64,000 nt of DNA from the human T2T-CHM13v2.0 reference genome, Homo sapiens (GCF_009914755.1 NC_060934.1), one strand, 5' to 3'. Counted from the first letter of the stretch, positions 1 through 13,056 are shown. Made by a program: numbers and translations. Notes: generated by a model not told the origin, from the letters alone.

Positions 1-89
1 TTTTTATTACACTGACTCAGCATGTTTGCTCACTCCCAACACCAGCCAACACCCCCAATTCAGGCTGCCTGAACCCTGCTTGGCACTCA

Positions 90-364
90 CGGTGCCTTGG
101 AATGCACACCCCTAACCAGGGGCCCAGAGTGCCACGAAAACAAATCCCAGCTGCCTTGCTCCCTACTGGGGACTTCTCCAGAGTGTGATCTCAGCTTTTC
201 AGGATGGAGCCAAAATCACCTTGTTTGGCTTCCTTTATGTTCCTGTTCCAAGTCCCCACTTCCCTGCTGTCTTTCTTTTTTTAAGTCCCCATAATTTTTA
301 ATAAATCATTGTCACACACAAAAATTCATCTCCAAGTCTACTTCTGCGAAGTCAACTTGAGACA
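90..364 (+). mobile_element. ERVL LTR16-like LTR fragment
   Basis: 3' end aataaatcattgtcacacacaaaaattcatctccaagtctacttctg...cttgagaca resembles the LTR16 terminus; 5' boundary is uncertain. Confidence 0.5.
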
Positions 365-858
365 AACACCTCCCACTTAGGGTTATTGTGAGAGTCAAAT
401 GAAATTACAGGTGACACTTCCAGCCCAGGAAGGCTCTCACTAAAGATGATCAGTCAGCGCAAAGTTCCTCCCGTTCCTTCTACTGGAGTCTCCAGCCTGC
501 TCTTGATTCGATGGTCTCTTGAAGTACACGTGCATAATCCCTCATTCCTTCCTTCCTTCATTCAACAGACAGAGCCCACCCAACCCCAACAGGCCATCCT
601 AATTCTCCTGGGTAGGGGAGTGGACCAGGAGCCTCATCTCTGCCATCATGGATACACCAGGGCAAAAAGACCAACAATCAATACAGCTTTGCAAAGTGGT
701 GGGCACCACCACCTCCATGTGCTCCCCTTCAAGGCAGCAGGACGTGGTGTTTCCCTCCCATCTTGGCCACAGTGTGGATTGAGCTGCATAATGCTGTGGG
801 CATCAGCACAGAAGTGATGACCCGGTCAGACAAGCAAAGGGCAGCCCCTGTATCCTGT

Positions 859-878
859 GGGCGGGGAGGGAAGGGGGG
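859..878 (+). other. Predicted G-quadruplex motif
   Basis: GGG-C-GGGG-A-GGG-AA-GGGGGG: four G-runs with 1-2 nt loops. Confidence 0.5.
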
Positions 879-1959
879 CCGGCCTTCTGCTCAGGGTGGG
901 CTCCCAGCAGGTGGGGTGGCTGGTTCCCTGCTGTCTGCAGTTAGACTTCTCTCCTGAAGCTAGACACTGTGGCTGAGGGACACAAACCCCGTGGGAGCTG
1001 GGAACTAGGGCCCAATAAGCCCAAAGGAATTGCTGCGGTGGCCAGATGCCTGCACCCCTCTAAATTGCTGTGAATCCCACGAGACCTAGCCAAACCACTG
1101 GGCCCATCTGCCTGGCTCCTGTGGCCATGATACATTGGCAAACACAGAACTTCAGAAGAAGAATTAAGGATGTAAGAAGTTGCAAAGCATCCAGCTGACT
1201 TCTCTTCTAGCCCCTTTTGAATGGAGGAGACAGCAGATGCTGATGGTGGTACTGGCACATGAGACAGCTGCGAGGCTGGGTGCAGTCAGCCAGGGGTAAA
1301 AGGCACAGCTGAGTGTCCACACGTGTGTTGACTTATGTGTATATCCACATCTTGACACCCACATTCCACCCTCTGGAAAGAAAAGTGTGCTGTTATAGGC
1401 AAACTCCAGCTAAAGAAGGCCGAAGGCAGCTGTTCTTCCCACGTCTGGGGAGCCGACTGTGGAAGGGAATGTGTCTCCCTGCTCGAGAGCAACAGCCCCA
1501 ATCTGAACCTCAGGTGCCTTTTCCCAGTGACACCCAAGAGCTGAGTTGTAAGTGACACAGGACACCAACAGGCCATTCTGCAGGCCCACTGAGGGCCAGA
1601 GGACATTTGGGTCCTGCCCTGGCCACCCTGATCTCACGATTTTCATAGGGAAATAGATGTGGGCCACGTACTGGCTCCCAGCTTCCAAACAGACTCTGCA
1701 CAGAAAGGAGTCCCTGAGCACTGACAAGAATGTCAAGGGTGGAGGCAGCTCTCCTAGACTGGTGCTGGGGAGAGCTGACAGCTGCCCCTGGACCATATGG
1801 TGGTGAGGATTGGTTCTAATATCCAAGAGCCTGGAAGGAAGTAGAGAAGACAGTGAGGCTGAGCGCATTGGAGGAGGCATCTCCAGTCTGGGTCCCCTTC
1901 CTCTGTGTCCTTGGCTTTTCACTCAAGACTAAGTTGGAGCCATTTCCAAGGGCGACGAG

Positions 1960-2220
1960 AGCTTGCTTTTATTAACCACCCCCCAAGATACTTCAATACA
2001 ACATCTCCTCTGCTTTACAACCCACACACCTCATTTACTCCCAACAACTTAACAAGCCATGCAGTGTTCTTATCCCTGCTTCACAGATGGGGAACTGATA
2101 CCTCAATCTAGACTCGTATCTTGCAGAAGGTCCCTTAGCCAGTATTCAGCAGAGGTTAGATTTGAACTACGGCCCAACTGTCTCCAAAGCCTGTGTTCTT
2201 TCCTTTGGTCATGCTGCTCT
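1960..2220 (-). mobile_element. MIR SINE
   Basis: MIR core (reverse): ttcacagatggggaactga...agaggttagatttgaact...ctccaaagcc. Confidence 0.65.
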
Positions 2221-3604
2221 CTGAAAGCCCCAGATAACTGTCTGAAAAAGTTTTTGGGTCTGAACCTGGCCCCGTAACAATGGGAACAAAATGGTCTTTT
2301 TTCTCATATCTGAGAAAACACCATTATAAGTCACGGTGCTGTCCTTCTCCAGGTTAACTTGTTCTCATAAGCCTGAAACCATTATTCCACTTGCATTTCT
2401 TAAGTGTGAGACTGTTTCTCTTTATCTTGGCCTAAAGGAATAGTAAATGGAGTGGAAAAAACCTCCACATGGAAGCCTTCCAAACACATCCCTGAGGATT
2501 TATTTTACAAAGTGCAAATGCCACCAATTATTTATGTATGTGTTAATTGTTGACCACTTATCTAGGCATCCCCCCAACACTGGGAGCCTGAGATAATGAA
2601 AGCTTGTCAGCAATTAGCATCTTTTTAAAACCCCAACTCTAACATTTGGGAACATTCCCCCCGTGAAGCCCAGGGCCTGGCACTTTCCCAAGGACAGATA
2701 TTGAGCTCACGTTAAAGGCCCACCGCTGCCTTTGCAACAACATGTCATTTAGGAACAATGCTCTCTGTGCAATGTCACCCCTCCAAAGCATGCAGGAGCG
2801 CAACGCCCCTCCATTTGCAAGGAAGGGGTGTAGCTAGCTGCAGGAGGATGGATTATTTGAAGAGCCTGTTTAAAAGGAAATCAGCAAAGCAGACACCATG
2901 AGGCCCGAGTTTTCAGAAGTTATGCCGGGAAGCATGAGGAAACCCCTAAAGAGCGGTTATCACAGAACTTTCTCAGCCACCCTGTGTCTCCTGGGGGCCT
3001 GCCTGCTTGGAAAAACGTCCCAAGATGCTGACTCAGCTGCTTCTCCTTGCCCCAGCCTTGTCTCTGGAGCCTCTTTGGTCTTTGTTTCACCAGAAAACTG
3101 CCCTGAAGTTCTCTTCATCTCCCAAGACTCCTAATTCTGGCTCCATCCTTATTCTTAGATCCCACTGGGGAATCTTGGATCCCAGAAGGTCTCTTTTCCA
3201 GTATTTTGTCCCAAGCCTTTCCCAGGAGCCAGCCCCTCCTTGATGGTCATCTGTTCCCATCTCACCCATCTCTTTGCTCGAGGATCCTTGAAGTCCAAGG
3301 CCCCCACCCTTGGCAGGAACAGGAAACACCCCATCTGGGCAGAGGGAAAAGCAGTTGAACATGGGGGAGTGCATGGGCTCAGGTCACTGAAGGATGGTGG
3401 AGACAAGGCAATCACTCCCAGCTCTAGGAAAGCCATCTGAGAAAGCTGTATCAGAATTTACCCTGTGAAGCACTAAACCACAGCTCTGGGGGAGGCTGAG
3501 AGGGCTGTTTTCCTGGAAGAAAGCTGAACCTGCCTCTTAGGAGTTCAGGGAAGGCACTGGCTGGGAAAGGCTGGAGGGGAAGGCTGGTTGCAGGCTGGGG
3601 GCAA

Positions 3605-3840
3605 TCGCTGGCATTTACAGAACACCTCATCCAGCCCAGACCCTGAGCTAAGCCCTCTACACACGATCCCTCCCTGAGTCCTCACAATGGCCTACTGAAA
3701 GAGGCTACTGAGCTGCAGCCTACAAATGGAAAAACCAAGACTCAGAAGGATGAAGTGATTTTCCCAAAGTCTCCCAGAAAGTCAGTGTAACCAGGCCTTT
3801 CCAATGCAAAACCCATATGGTTTCTACCGTGTTCCACTGA
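3605..3840 (-). mobile_element. MIR SINE
   Basis: tcctcacaat...tacaaatggaaaaaccaagactcagaaggatgaagtgattttcccaaagtc. Confidence 0.6.
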
Positions 3841-4307
3841 CTTGGGCACCAAGAAAAGACGAAACTCAATCTCTGCATGTTTCATAGGTGTTTGGTGCAA
3901 AAACAACAGCTAAGCCAGAAGGTGATTCAGGCGACAGTGATAGTGGTGACTGGATAGTGGGGGCCTGGAGAGCTACAGGGCCTTCTGCAAAATCTGATCC
4001 TGGTTTCCAGAGTTTCCTGTCACCCCCTTTCAAAATTCCTGGATCACATGCACCTCTGGTTGTCAAAGGATTTTTTTGCATATGGGGAGTAGCCTCTAGT
4101 CCCTCACTAGGAAGTGAGCTCCTGGAGGCCAAAGCCTGGTCTAATTACCACGAAGCCACTTGTGGGACACAGCACCTGGCAGACAGTGAACTTCAAAATG
4201 TGCCTACAGAATGAATGAATGGGTGATTCACATTTCCAGAGCTGAGTAGAAGGAAGGCCAGGAGCATAAACAGAAACCTTACTACAGTTAAAAAGAATAT
4301 GAATGTA

Positions 4308-4450
4308 CAGGTGGCCTTTGCTTTGCATGGTGCATGGTACTCTGGTAAACAAAACCCATGCATATGGAACTAGTGTCCTCACTTTGCACGAACTTCATTA
4401 TACACTTGATTTTTGGTTAACATTGTGCCATGCAAAGTTAGTGCTGCCTG
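4308..4450. mobile_element. Tc1/mariner (Tigger-type) MITE with terminal inverted repeats
   Basis: TA|caggtggcctttgctttgcatggtgca ... tgtgccatgcaaagttagtgctgcctg|TA: ~27-bp imperfect TIRs and a TA target duplication. Confidence 0.7.
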
Positions 4451-5276
4451 TATTTGCAATTAACACCCCCTTTCTACACATCTGAGAGGATCTGAGAAAG
4501 AAACAAAGTGAACTTAAAGTGGAGGAATGCAAGATGCCCTGACCTTTAGGAGGTGATGGAAACATGATCAAATTCTAGAGCTTTTCCTCCAGGATACAAT
4601 TGTTTCTTCATTTGTACTGAGCGTTGAACCTCCTGATGCTAGTTCCCATATATCATGCCTAACAACATAGTAAGTTCTGGACTAGTTTGGTCAATGACAT
4701 TTAAAAAGATATTACTGAAAGAGAGTTCACTGGAAGAGAGAGTGTTCAGCATTAGACTTTTTTGACATTGGCTCAGATCTCTGAAAAACTATTATGTTGC
4801 TATGGAAAAACAAGAAAGAAAGAAAGAATAATTGACTAAATTCATGTAAAATTCTGATAGATGTGAACAATTTCTAGTAAATCATTAGACCTCCCTGGCC
4901 TCAGTCCTTCTTGTTGACCAAGTCTGAGCTCGACAGCCAGTCTGAACTGCCTTCCCTGTTCATGTGGATGGCAGAAGCGCCCGCTCACAGCCCCGGGGGA
5001 ATGAAGATTCATTACAGATCATTTGTGGATCCTTCAGATGAAATAGAGGCAGCTTCCAGGGCTGTGCAGGGAGTGCAATTTACTATAATAAAAAGTGAGA
5101 ATATGCTACATGTGGACAATTTATAAGGAAACGTTAATATCAGCAGAAAAATGAAATGGAGCCTGCTCACAGGCACGATCTGTTTAATAAGATCAACTTG
5201 GAGAAGTGAAGCCAGGAGGCGCCAATGAGTATTGGCCAATGGATACTTGGATTTTAATCAATGGTCCATAATTTCC

Positions 5277-5290
5277 CTGCCACCTGGAGG
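5277..5290 (-). promoter_or_regulatory. Candidate CTCF-binding motif
   Basis: Minus strand reads CCTCCAGGTGGCAG, a close match to the CTCF core CCASYAGRKGGCRS. Confidence 0.45.
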
Positions 5291-7899
5291 GCACAGAAAC
5301 CAAATAAGGCCCCCCATGTTCTTGTTCTTACAGGCATTCAGGCTAAGTCCTGATGGGAGGCAACGGAGCCCAGCTTTTCTATCCGATCTTGTCTCACAGA
5401 GGAGCAAGACATTCAGGCCCTTGGCCACATGGATGCTGTCACACAACTTCTTTAGAGGACCTGGATGTACAGTGGAACAAATCACTTCTGAGATTATTTA
5501 TGCCCACCCTGGTTTGGCGGGGGCAGCCACCAGCCTCTGCAGTGTGCACTGTGAACAATCTCATGACTCGGTCCCTGAGGGCAGGGGACACGGCCCTGGG
5601 GTGGCAGGTGGCTGTGTTGAGCCATTTCTCATACACTCTGCTGTTCAGCTCCAGCTTCAGGTGATTTTCAAATACAAGCAAAGTCCAAAACTGATTAGAA
5701 ATGTTTTCTCCTCCCTCATACTGGAGCTTGAGAAGCTGCTGCCTGCATCCAAAGACCAACTCCAGGGACCACAGCACCAGATACTGCTGAAGGAGGGTGT
5801 GGAGCCATTTTGGACAGGAGAGTCCCTCCCTCCCAGTGCAGCTGTCAGTCTCAGAGCTCCTGACCCAGAGCGGGTACATCCGCTGGGAGAATAGCTACAC
5901 CTTCCCAGCTGCTCAATTAAAGCATTAGCGCTCAAGGTTAATGCTGTGACCCCTTCAAATCATGCTCATGCAAGCCACTTCTGCACATGAATCAAATTCC
6001 TTCCCTCAACCCAAATCATTTTTAAAAGATGGAAACATGTGAATTCTTCTTAAGGCAATAAAGTTGAAAGTAGCAATTCTTTACCAAGCTGATAAGAGCT
6101 GCTGAGTATAATTTGTATTCTTTTTTACGAGCCTGACTTTTTGGAGAATGGAATAGAAAGAAAAATATCTGCTTTTTAGTTCTGGAGATATAAGCTTCTT
6201 CTACCTCATGGTGCTAGGGAGGAACTCCTGGCCCAGAAACTGTCAGGAAACAAGTCTCTGGATTTGTGACACGGGAAAACTAGGGGAGGTGGCCAGTACA
6301 CTGGGGGAGAAGAGGTGGATGGTGCGACAGCTGGGGCATAAACGATTGTTTACCTCTTACCTCGGCCACCTGGGCACTCAATTTGGGACTCTGGCTCCAC
6401 AGAAAGTGACTGAGAGACCACGGGGGGCTCTGAGGTCTTAGGGAGTAAGGAAGAGAGGATATTGCAAATTCAGCAATAAAAGTGTGGGGAGAAGGAAACT
6501 ATTTTTAGCATCCACAATGTAAATTTTGCTTCACTTTAAGACAGCCCCTCTCCAAGCACAAAGCCCCCAAGCAGTTGGGTCCCAGACCTGGGAATGGCCA
6601 AGAGCTTAGTTTTTCCCCAAAGCTCTTGGGGACCTCACAGTAAGCCAGGAAATTGCATTTGGCCCTTATAGAAGGTAGAAACAGAATCAGAAACCAAAGA
6701 TGCCTGCTCTTAGTCCTCAGGGGTGTGGCCCACCTGCCCAACGCCCACCCCATTGCCAGCACAAAGCACCTGAAAAGGCCCCACCCACAGAATGACATGG
6801 CTTAGAGAGAAAACTGTGATACAGGGCTTCTAAGGAGACAGTGTGCAGAAGCCTGGAGGTGTGAAAGGGCATTCGATTTGTAGGGACTGTGGTGGAGCCA
6901 CATCCTCACATCGTGTGAGTGAGGATTTGAATCTAAAGTTACCAGATGAGGCAAAAATCAATTAGACAAAATTAGCCATAAAGATTTCTTAATTCATGGA
7001 TATGAAATGGTACAGAAAACATCATTTGTGTAAAGAACCCTGTATCTGTTCCCCTAACCTTTATCAATCACTATTTCTCTACAGCCCTCAATTAGCTTCA
7101 TTTTCTTCCCTGAGTGTATTAACTAAATCATCACCCACTTACCTAGCCCTGGTCTCTCAGGCCACTGCTCTAATTCAAATGCTCAGACCACTTTGGAAAC
7201 TCTTCCTGCCTTGCAAGTTAGGACAGGAAGTGTGTGGGCAAGCTGACCACGTGAGAAGCCCTCTAGACCATGCATGCACTCTCCCCAGCAGGTCCTGGCA
7301 CACAAACTATGTCAGGCTTCACTATGCCGACTGCCTGTTGAGGCAGATGTGGCATCATCTGGCCTGAGAACCAATGGACTGTGAGTTAAATGTGCACATG
7401 ATGCATCTCCACTGTTGGTCACCCCATGGCTTAATACCCGAGGTGGGAGGATCAGTGGCATGAGGCATGAGTTATTACCTGAAACACTACCAGGTCCCAG
7501 TCAACAGGGTCTTCTGCCAGGCAGCAGAGCCTGGCTTTTACCCCATAAGCTGCGAGTTTCCAGATTGTGTTCCACAGGATGTGAGGGTCTTAGAAGATGT
7601 AAAGTTTCTTGTAAAAAAAAAAAAAAATCTGTGGGAAAGTTGGAGATATACTGCACTTATATCTCCAGCTTGAGAATGACAAAGCATACTAAACAAACAA
7701 GTCCTCTTTTCCCAGAAACTTGTCAAAATTGGCTATACCCGGTGTTTATTTTTCAAACGAATCTCCCCAGAATATTCACTTTCTTTGTTCGAGAAACACA
7801 TCAATATTTCACAGGACACTGAGGTTACAACAGGAACAGAATCAGGTAAATGGAGATGCAGACTTGGGCATCCATGGAAGGAAGTTAGGATGGAAGAGT

Positions 7900-8500
7900 A
7901 TGGTCAGATCTGGATTCCAGATAGGCCAGCCTGGCCATGTGGAGGTGAATTTCACAAGCGAGAGCATTTTAAAAATTTGCTGAAAAGTAGTTACAATAGT
8001 CCAGAAAAGAGGCAATGAGGACGACAGCAGGGTATGGGGCATTGGCCCAGGAAGAAAAGGATGGAGCTTAAAGCGTTTAGAAAGAAAACATTGATGGGAT
8101 GGAGTCATAGGTTGAAAACTGAGTAAGGTACAAGGAGAAAAAGGAACCTGATGTGACTTCCAGATGCAGCTGCATAAAGACAGATGCTGGATAGGCTCAA
8201 TGAGGAAGATGATGATTCATCCCACTAAACTCCCTCAGGCAGCAGGAAGTTGGAGAGGACAATCTTAACAGTTTGGGAGAGACCAGGTGTGGTGGCTCAC
8301 ACCTGTGATCCAGCTGCTCTGGAGAAAGAGGCGGAGGATCGTTTAGGGCTGGGAGCTTGAGACCAGCCTGGGCAATATAGCAAGATTGCATCTCTAAAAC
8401 ACTTACATAAATACATAAAGTTTGGGAGAGATGAGTAATCACAGGAGCGGACAGGGATAGGGCAAGGGCTTCACTCAGGCAAAAGGGAAAGGTCTGCAAG
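7900..8500 (-). mobile_element. L2 LINE fragment (old, interrupted by FLAM)
   Basis: Purine-rich L2-like text such as gttacaatagtccagaaaagaggcaatgagg; heavily diverged. Confidence 0.4.
8281..8418 (+). mobile_element. Free left Alu monomer (FLAM/FAM-type)
   Basis: Single Alu arm with A-rich tail, flanked by TSD agtttgggaga (8270-8280 and 8419-8429). Confidence 0.85.
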
Positions 8501-10218
8501 GATAAGGCAGATTATGCAGCAGCAAGGCAGCCTGCACAGTCCCCGTCCTCCAGTGTGGGAATCGGCACTGGCAGGCTTGGCCTGCAGACACCAAGTCACT
8601 CCAGCTGCAGAACTGGTGACCTGTGAAGGCTGGGAGCTGGGCCAAAAGTGGCACGACAGGAAGCTCCCTTTCCCCCTTGCACCACGACTGATTCACTATT
8701 GCGGAGCCCTCACATTCCTGGGGACAGCACAGCTCACATCCAGCTGCCCCACTTTCAAGCCCCAGGGATGTATTTTTAAAATAATGAGTTATACACACAA
8801 ACATACACCTACATTCCCTGTACTGGTTCAGGGGGTTCCCAGGCCTCACTGGAAGCCTTCATCTTTATCCTTGTAAATGTCATGTTACTGGAATCAGTTC
8901 ACTGCTCTACACAAACCATTCAGAATATTTTGGAACCTCTTCTTGTCTTCCAACATTACCCTCTTCACCTTAGATCGTGAGCAAAGGTAAACTTTAGCAG
9001 ACTAGTACCCTGTTTGATCAACCAGGGAAATATATGTGAAGAGGACTCCAAACCTAGTTCTTGCTTTTCCTCTTTTGCTTTTAAACTCCTTGGATTTCAC
9101 TGTTTTTTCATCTGCAAAGTCTGGGAGATAGATAGACAAGACTGATGCTTGGGTCTCAATATGTTCGAAAATGCTATGGGGGCAGGTTCCCAATAGTTTG
9201 AGGAATCCAGTGGTTTGGGAGAAAAGGAAAGGGTGTCCCACATTGGGGTGTGTGAGAAACAGTTGTAGGATTTTGTCTACCCCATATCAGAGAGTCTTTG
9301 GTGTGTGGAGATGCCCATTGTGTGCAAGGCCAGCACAGGACCTAGGCTTAGCACAGCAGATCCCCTTGAATCTTGAGATAGTGACTCAAAGGTTTAACTC
9401 ACTCCCCACGAGAACAGCAGTGTTGGGGTCCACCGAAGGTGTCTTATCCAGACTGACCCAGGGTAACCTCAGCAACATCTGTTCCATCCAGCCTCCCATG
9501 GCTTTCTGGGCCTAGTTCTCCAGCATTCAGCCCACCTCTGTGAGTTGACCAGTGTCATTTGAATAAATTACTTTTATTTCTTATTAACTCCATTCTAAAA
9601 CTTTATACAAACAATAGGGAAGATAATATTTATTTTTAAAATTTAAATATCAAAAACTGGCAAGAGCCTTGTGCCGTATAAGGGTACAATCAAATGTTTT
9701 AAAAGGGAGAATAAACTGAGTAATTTCAAAGCACAATGTTACAATTACAGACAATAGTTTCTAAGCCTATTATTCTATACTAAATCTTAATTTTTAAAAG
9801 GCAGAATTAAAAGCCTTCTATTGACAAATGGCAGTCCCTGGTCCTAATGCCACTCCCAGTCCTGCTCCCCAGAGGCAAACACTTATAACTCTTTCATCTG
9901 TTTCTTTGGGATTTACTTCCATATTTCTTAATCATATTTAATCATGTTCACACTGCTATACTTGGTTGATCAACTTTAGCACTATCTATTATGTTCCTGA
10001 TACTGCAGAGAGGACTTAGGTCTCTTAATCCTCTCATCCTTTCATTTCCCTTCCCAGTATTTCCAATCTACCTGTATCACAATTTGTAAATTAAATCAAA
10101 TGTATTGACTCCATTATGGTTATGATACTATTCACTACTAAGCCAAATAGTAGACTATGATTATATTATTTCCTTGCTTATACAACTTTTGCTTTTTTGC
10201 ATTAACAATTGCTCTGAC

Positions 10219-10457
10219 TTGTAGTTATTTATAACTACAAATAACTTGCGGTTATTTATAACTACAAATAACTTGCGGTTATTTATAACTACAAATAACT
10301 TGCGGTTATTTTTAACTACAAATAACTTGCGGTTATTTTTAACTACAAATAACTTGCGGTTATTTATAACTACAAATAACTTGCGGTTATTTATAACTAC
10401 AAATAACTTGCGGTTATTTATAACTACAAATAACTTGTGGTTATTTATAACTACAAA
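10219..10457. repeat. 27-bp minisatellite (VNTR), ~8.9 copies
   Basis: Unit ttgcggttatttataactacaaataac repeated head-to-tail; seen as LRLFITTNN repeats in the ORF track. Confidence 0.97.
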
Positions 10458-10942
10458 ATTGTTTTATTTATATTTATAGTTATTTATTTGTAGTTATATA
10501 TTATATTATATTTATAATATAATGTACTTTTCCAAATGCTCAATGCAACAAAATAAGCTTTCCATTTCCTTAAGCCCTGGAGAGAGCCCATTCCAGCTCT
10601 CTCCCTTCTCTTGTGTGGACCAGTTGGTCTCCAGTTGGATGAGCAGGGGCTGTCATGAGACTTCCTTTCTGCTCTGCTGGTTGGATTCTCTGTAACTGCT
10701 ATTATGCTTACTTTTATCTTGTTTTGGTATTTTGACTTTATTTTTTTTTTCTGAAGCCCATCCTACCACAGAAACTTCTTAAGCAAAGATTCACAGTGTG
10801 TAAGTTTTTGAGTATTTCCATGTATGAATTTTTTTAACTTTGCTATCATATTGATTGATAGCTTCACTTAGTATAGAATATGTGAATATTAATTCTTCCT
10901 CAGAAATAGCACCTCTCCAGTATCTTCTAGTATGGATGTTAC

Positions 10943-11231
10943 TTTTTCTATTTTATTTTTTTAGACAGAGTCTCACTCTGTCATCCAGACTGGAGTGCAG
11001 TGGTGCGATCATGACTCACTTCAGCCTTGACCTCCGGGATCAAGCAATCTCTCACCTCAGTCTCCCAAGCAGCTGAGATTACAGGTGTATAACACTATGC
11101 TGGCCTAATTTTTGCATTTTTTGTAGAGACTGGGTTTTGCCATGTTGCCCAGGCTGGTCTCAAACTCATGTGATCTGCAGGCCTTAGCCTCCCAAAGTGC
11201 TGAGACTACAGGCATGAGCCACCAGGCCTGG
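10943..11231 (-). mobile_element. AluJ
   Basis: Dimeric antisense Alu, highly diverged; degenerate TSD tgttact. Confidence 0.9.
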
Positions 11232-12322
11232 TGTTACTCTTAAGCATCCTAATGCCACTTTGATTCCTGTTCTTTTCATGTCACCTACTCTCCCTCCTCC
11301 CCTTTCCTCCTTCTCCTTTTCCTCCTCCTTCCTTCCCTCTCCCCCTGCCCTACCCCTCTACCCAGTGCCTTGGTGTGGTTGTTCTTTTCATCTACTTTGA
11401 GTAAGAGCTACATGGTTGGGAGGACTTTTTAATCTGGAGACACATGTCCTTTAACTCTGAAATATTTTGTTACTTATTTCTCTGATATTTGCCTTTTCTT
11501 TATTTTTTCTGTTCTTGCTCTAGAATTTCTACTAGAATATTAAACTTTCTAAATTGAGCCATGCATTTTTATCAACTTTTCTCTCTCATTATATACCTCT
11601 TTGCCTTTTTGCTTTACTTCAATTGAACTTTTAAAATTTCAGTCATCATGTTTCTCTTCAATTGCTGCTTTGTGCTCCCTGTTCTTTTTCATAGCAACCT
11701 GTTCATGTCTTAAGGGTGCAATATTTTTTAATCTCTTTAAGACTAATAATAGCATTTTTGAAGTTTTCTCTTTTTCCTTACATTATTTAGTTTGTCCTGG
11801 ATCCCTTTGGTATCCCTTTGTGTTGTACTCTCTGTTTCATATAAAAGACATTCCTCAAATGCATAATGATCCTTAATTGTCCTTTCATGTTTAATATGAA
11901 GCATTAAGAAGCTCATTGAAGGGTATGGGTGTGACTTGTGGATAGGGGGACTTCCTGTCCTTTGCAATGGAAGATTCCCCAATGTCAGCATTTGGAGGTA
12001 TTTTCTCCAGAGTCCTTCAGTTTCTCCAGAAAAGACTCCTATTATATCCTGCCAGAAGAGAGCACTCCAGCCGCTGGCATCCTGGGAGCAGGTCAGAAGA
12101 AGCAGCCAAAGGTTCTACTATCGAACATGTCAATCTCTGCTTAATTTTTCCTGGTTTGTACCACCTGCCTAACCTGGGCTTTCTGGAGTTTCTGGGTGCT
12201 GAGGCTCTCAGAGGCCTGCCGGCAGAACCAGGCTCACCCCACAATAGTATCTTTATTACCAAGCACTAACACTGTAACATCCTTGCATCTGCTACATCAG
12301 TTACCCTTCTTCCATCCACTTT

Positions 12323-12607
12323 TTTAAAAATTGAGACAGGGTCTCCCTCTATCACCCAGGCTGAGTGCAGTGGCACAATCCTGGCTCAATGCAGTCTTGA
12401 CATCCTGGGCTCAAGTGATCCTCCCACCTCAGTCTCCTGAGTAGCTATTACTACAGGCACATGCTACAAAGCCTGGTTAATTTTCTTTTTAATTTTTTGT
12501 AAAGATGGAGTCTCATTATGTTACCCTGGCTGGTCTCGAACTTCTGGACTCAGGGATGCTCCTGCCTCAACCTCTCAAAGTGCTAATATGAGCCACTGTG
12601 CCCAGCC
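12323..12607 (-). mobile_element. AluJ
   Basis: Antisense Alu with TSD tccatccacttt (12311-12322 and 12609-12620). Confidence 0.9.
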
Positions 12608-13056
12608 CTCCATCCACTTTCTATTTTCCAAAAACTGGCCCCAAGCACCTATCCACTGTTGTCTCCTCTTATGAATTCTTTGATCTTGTAGATTTGCAAC
12701 ACTTTAACCCTTTGCCATCATTTTAGAATAGTTTAGGGGAGAGCAGGGATAAACATGGGCAACCAATCAGACTTGTCTAATCAATTAGAAGTCAATAAAT
12801 CCAAAGTCCATCAGAAGTCAATAAATTCTCCTTTTCCTTAAGCTAACTAGAGCAGGCTTCTGTTGTTGATGACTAAGAACACTGACTGATGCAAGGTGGC
12901 TGGACCAGGGCACAGCAGGGATGAGCATGGCTTGTGCAGGGGCTGACAGAAGAGGGAAAATCGGCAGCAAAACAAAATAAAAGGAATATCGATTTTCTGC
13001 ACCAAGCCTGGAAAACTAGCTGAGAACCCAAACTCCAAAACTTCTTATATAGAACT

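Larger units (their letters stand above)
9750..12300 (-). mobile_element. Old L1M-type LINE fragments (host of the VNTR and AluJ)
   Basis: T-rich antisense L1-like text (cccagaggcaaacacttataactc...; ttttaatctggagacacatgtcc); highly decayed. Confidence 0.5.

Noticed and set aside
10219-10457. CRISPR-like array or repeat protein (LRLFITTNN)n
   Set aside because: The units abut with no unique spacers, there are no cas genes and the context is primate. The ORF is just a stop-free 27-bp unit starting at TTG.
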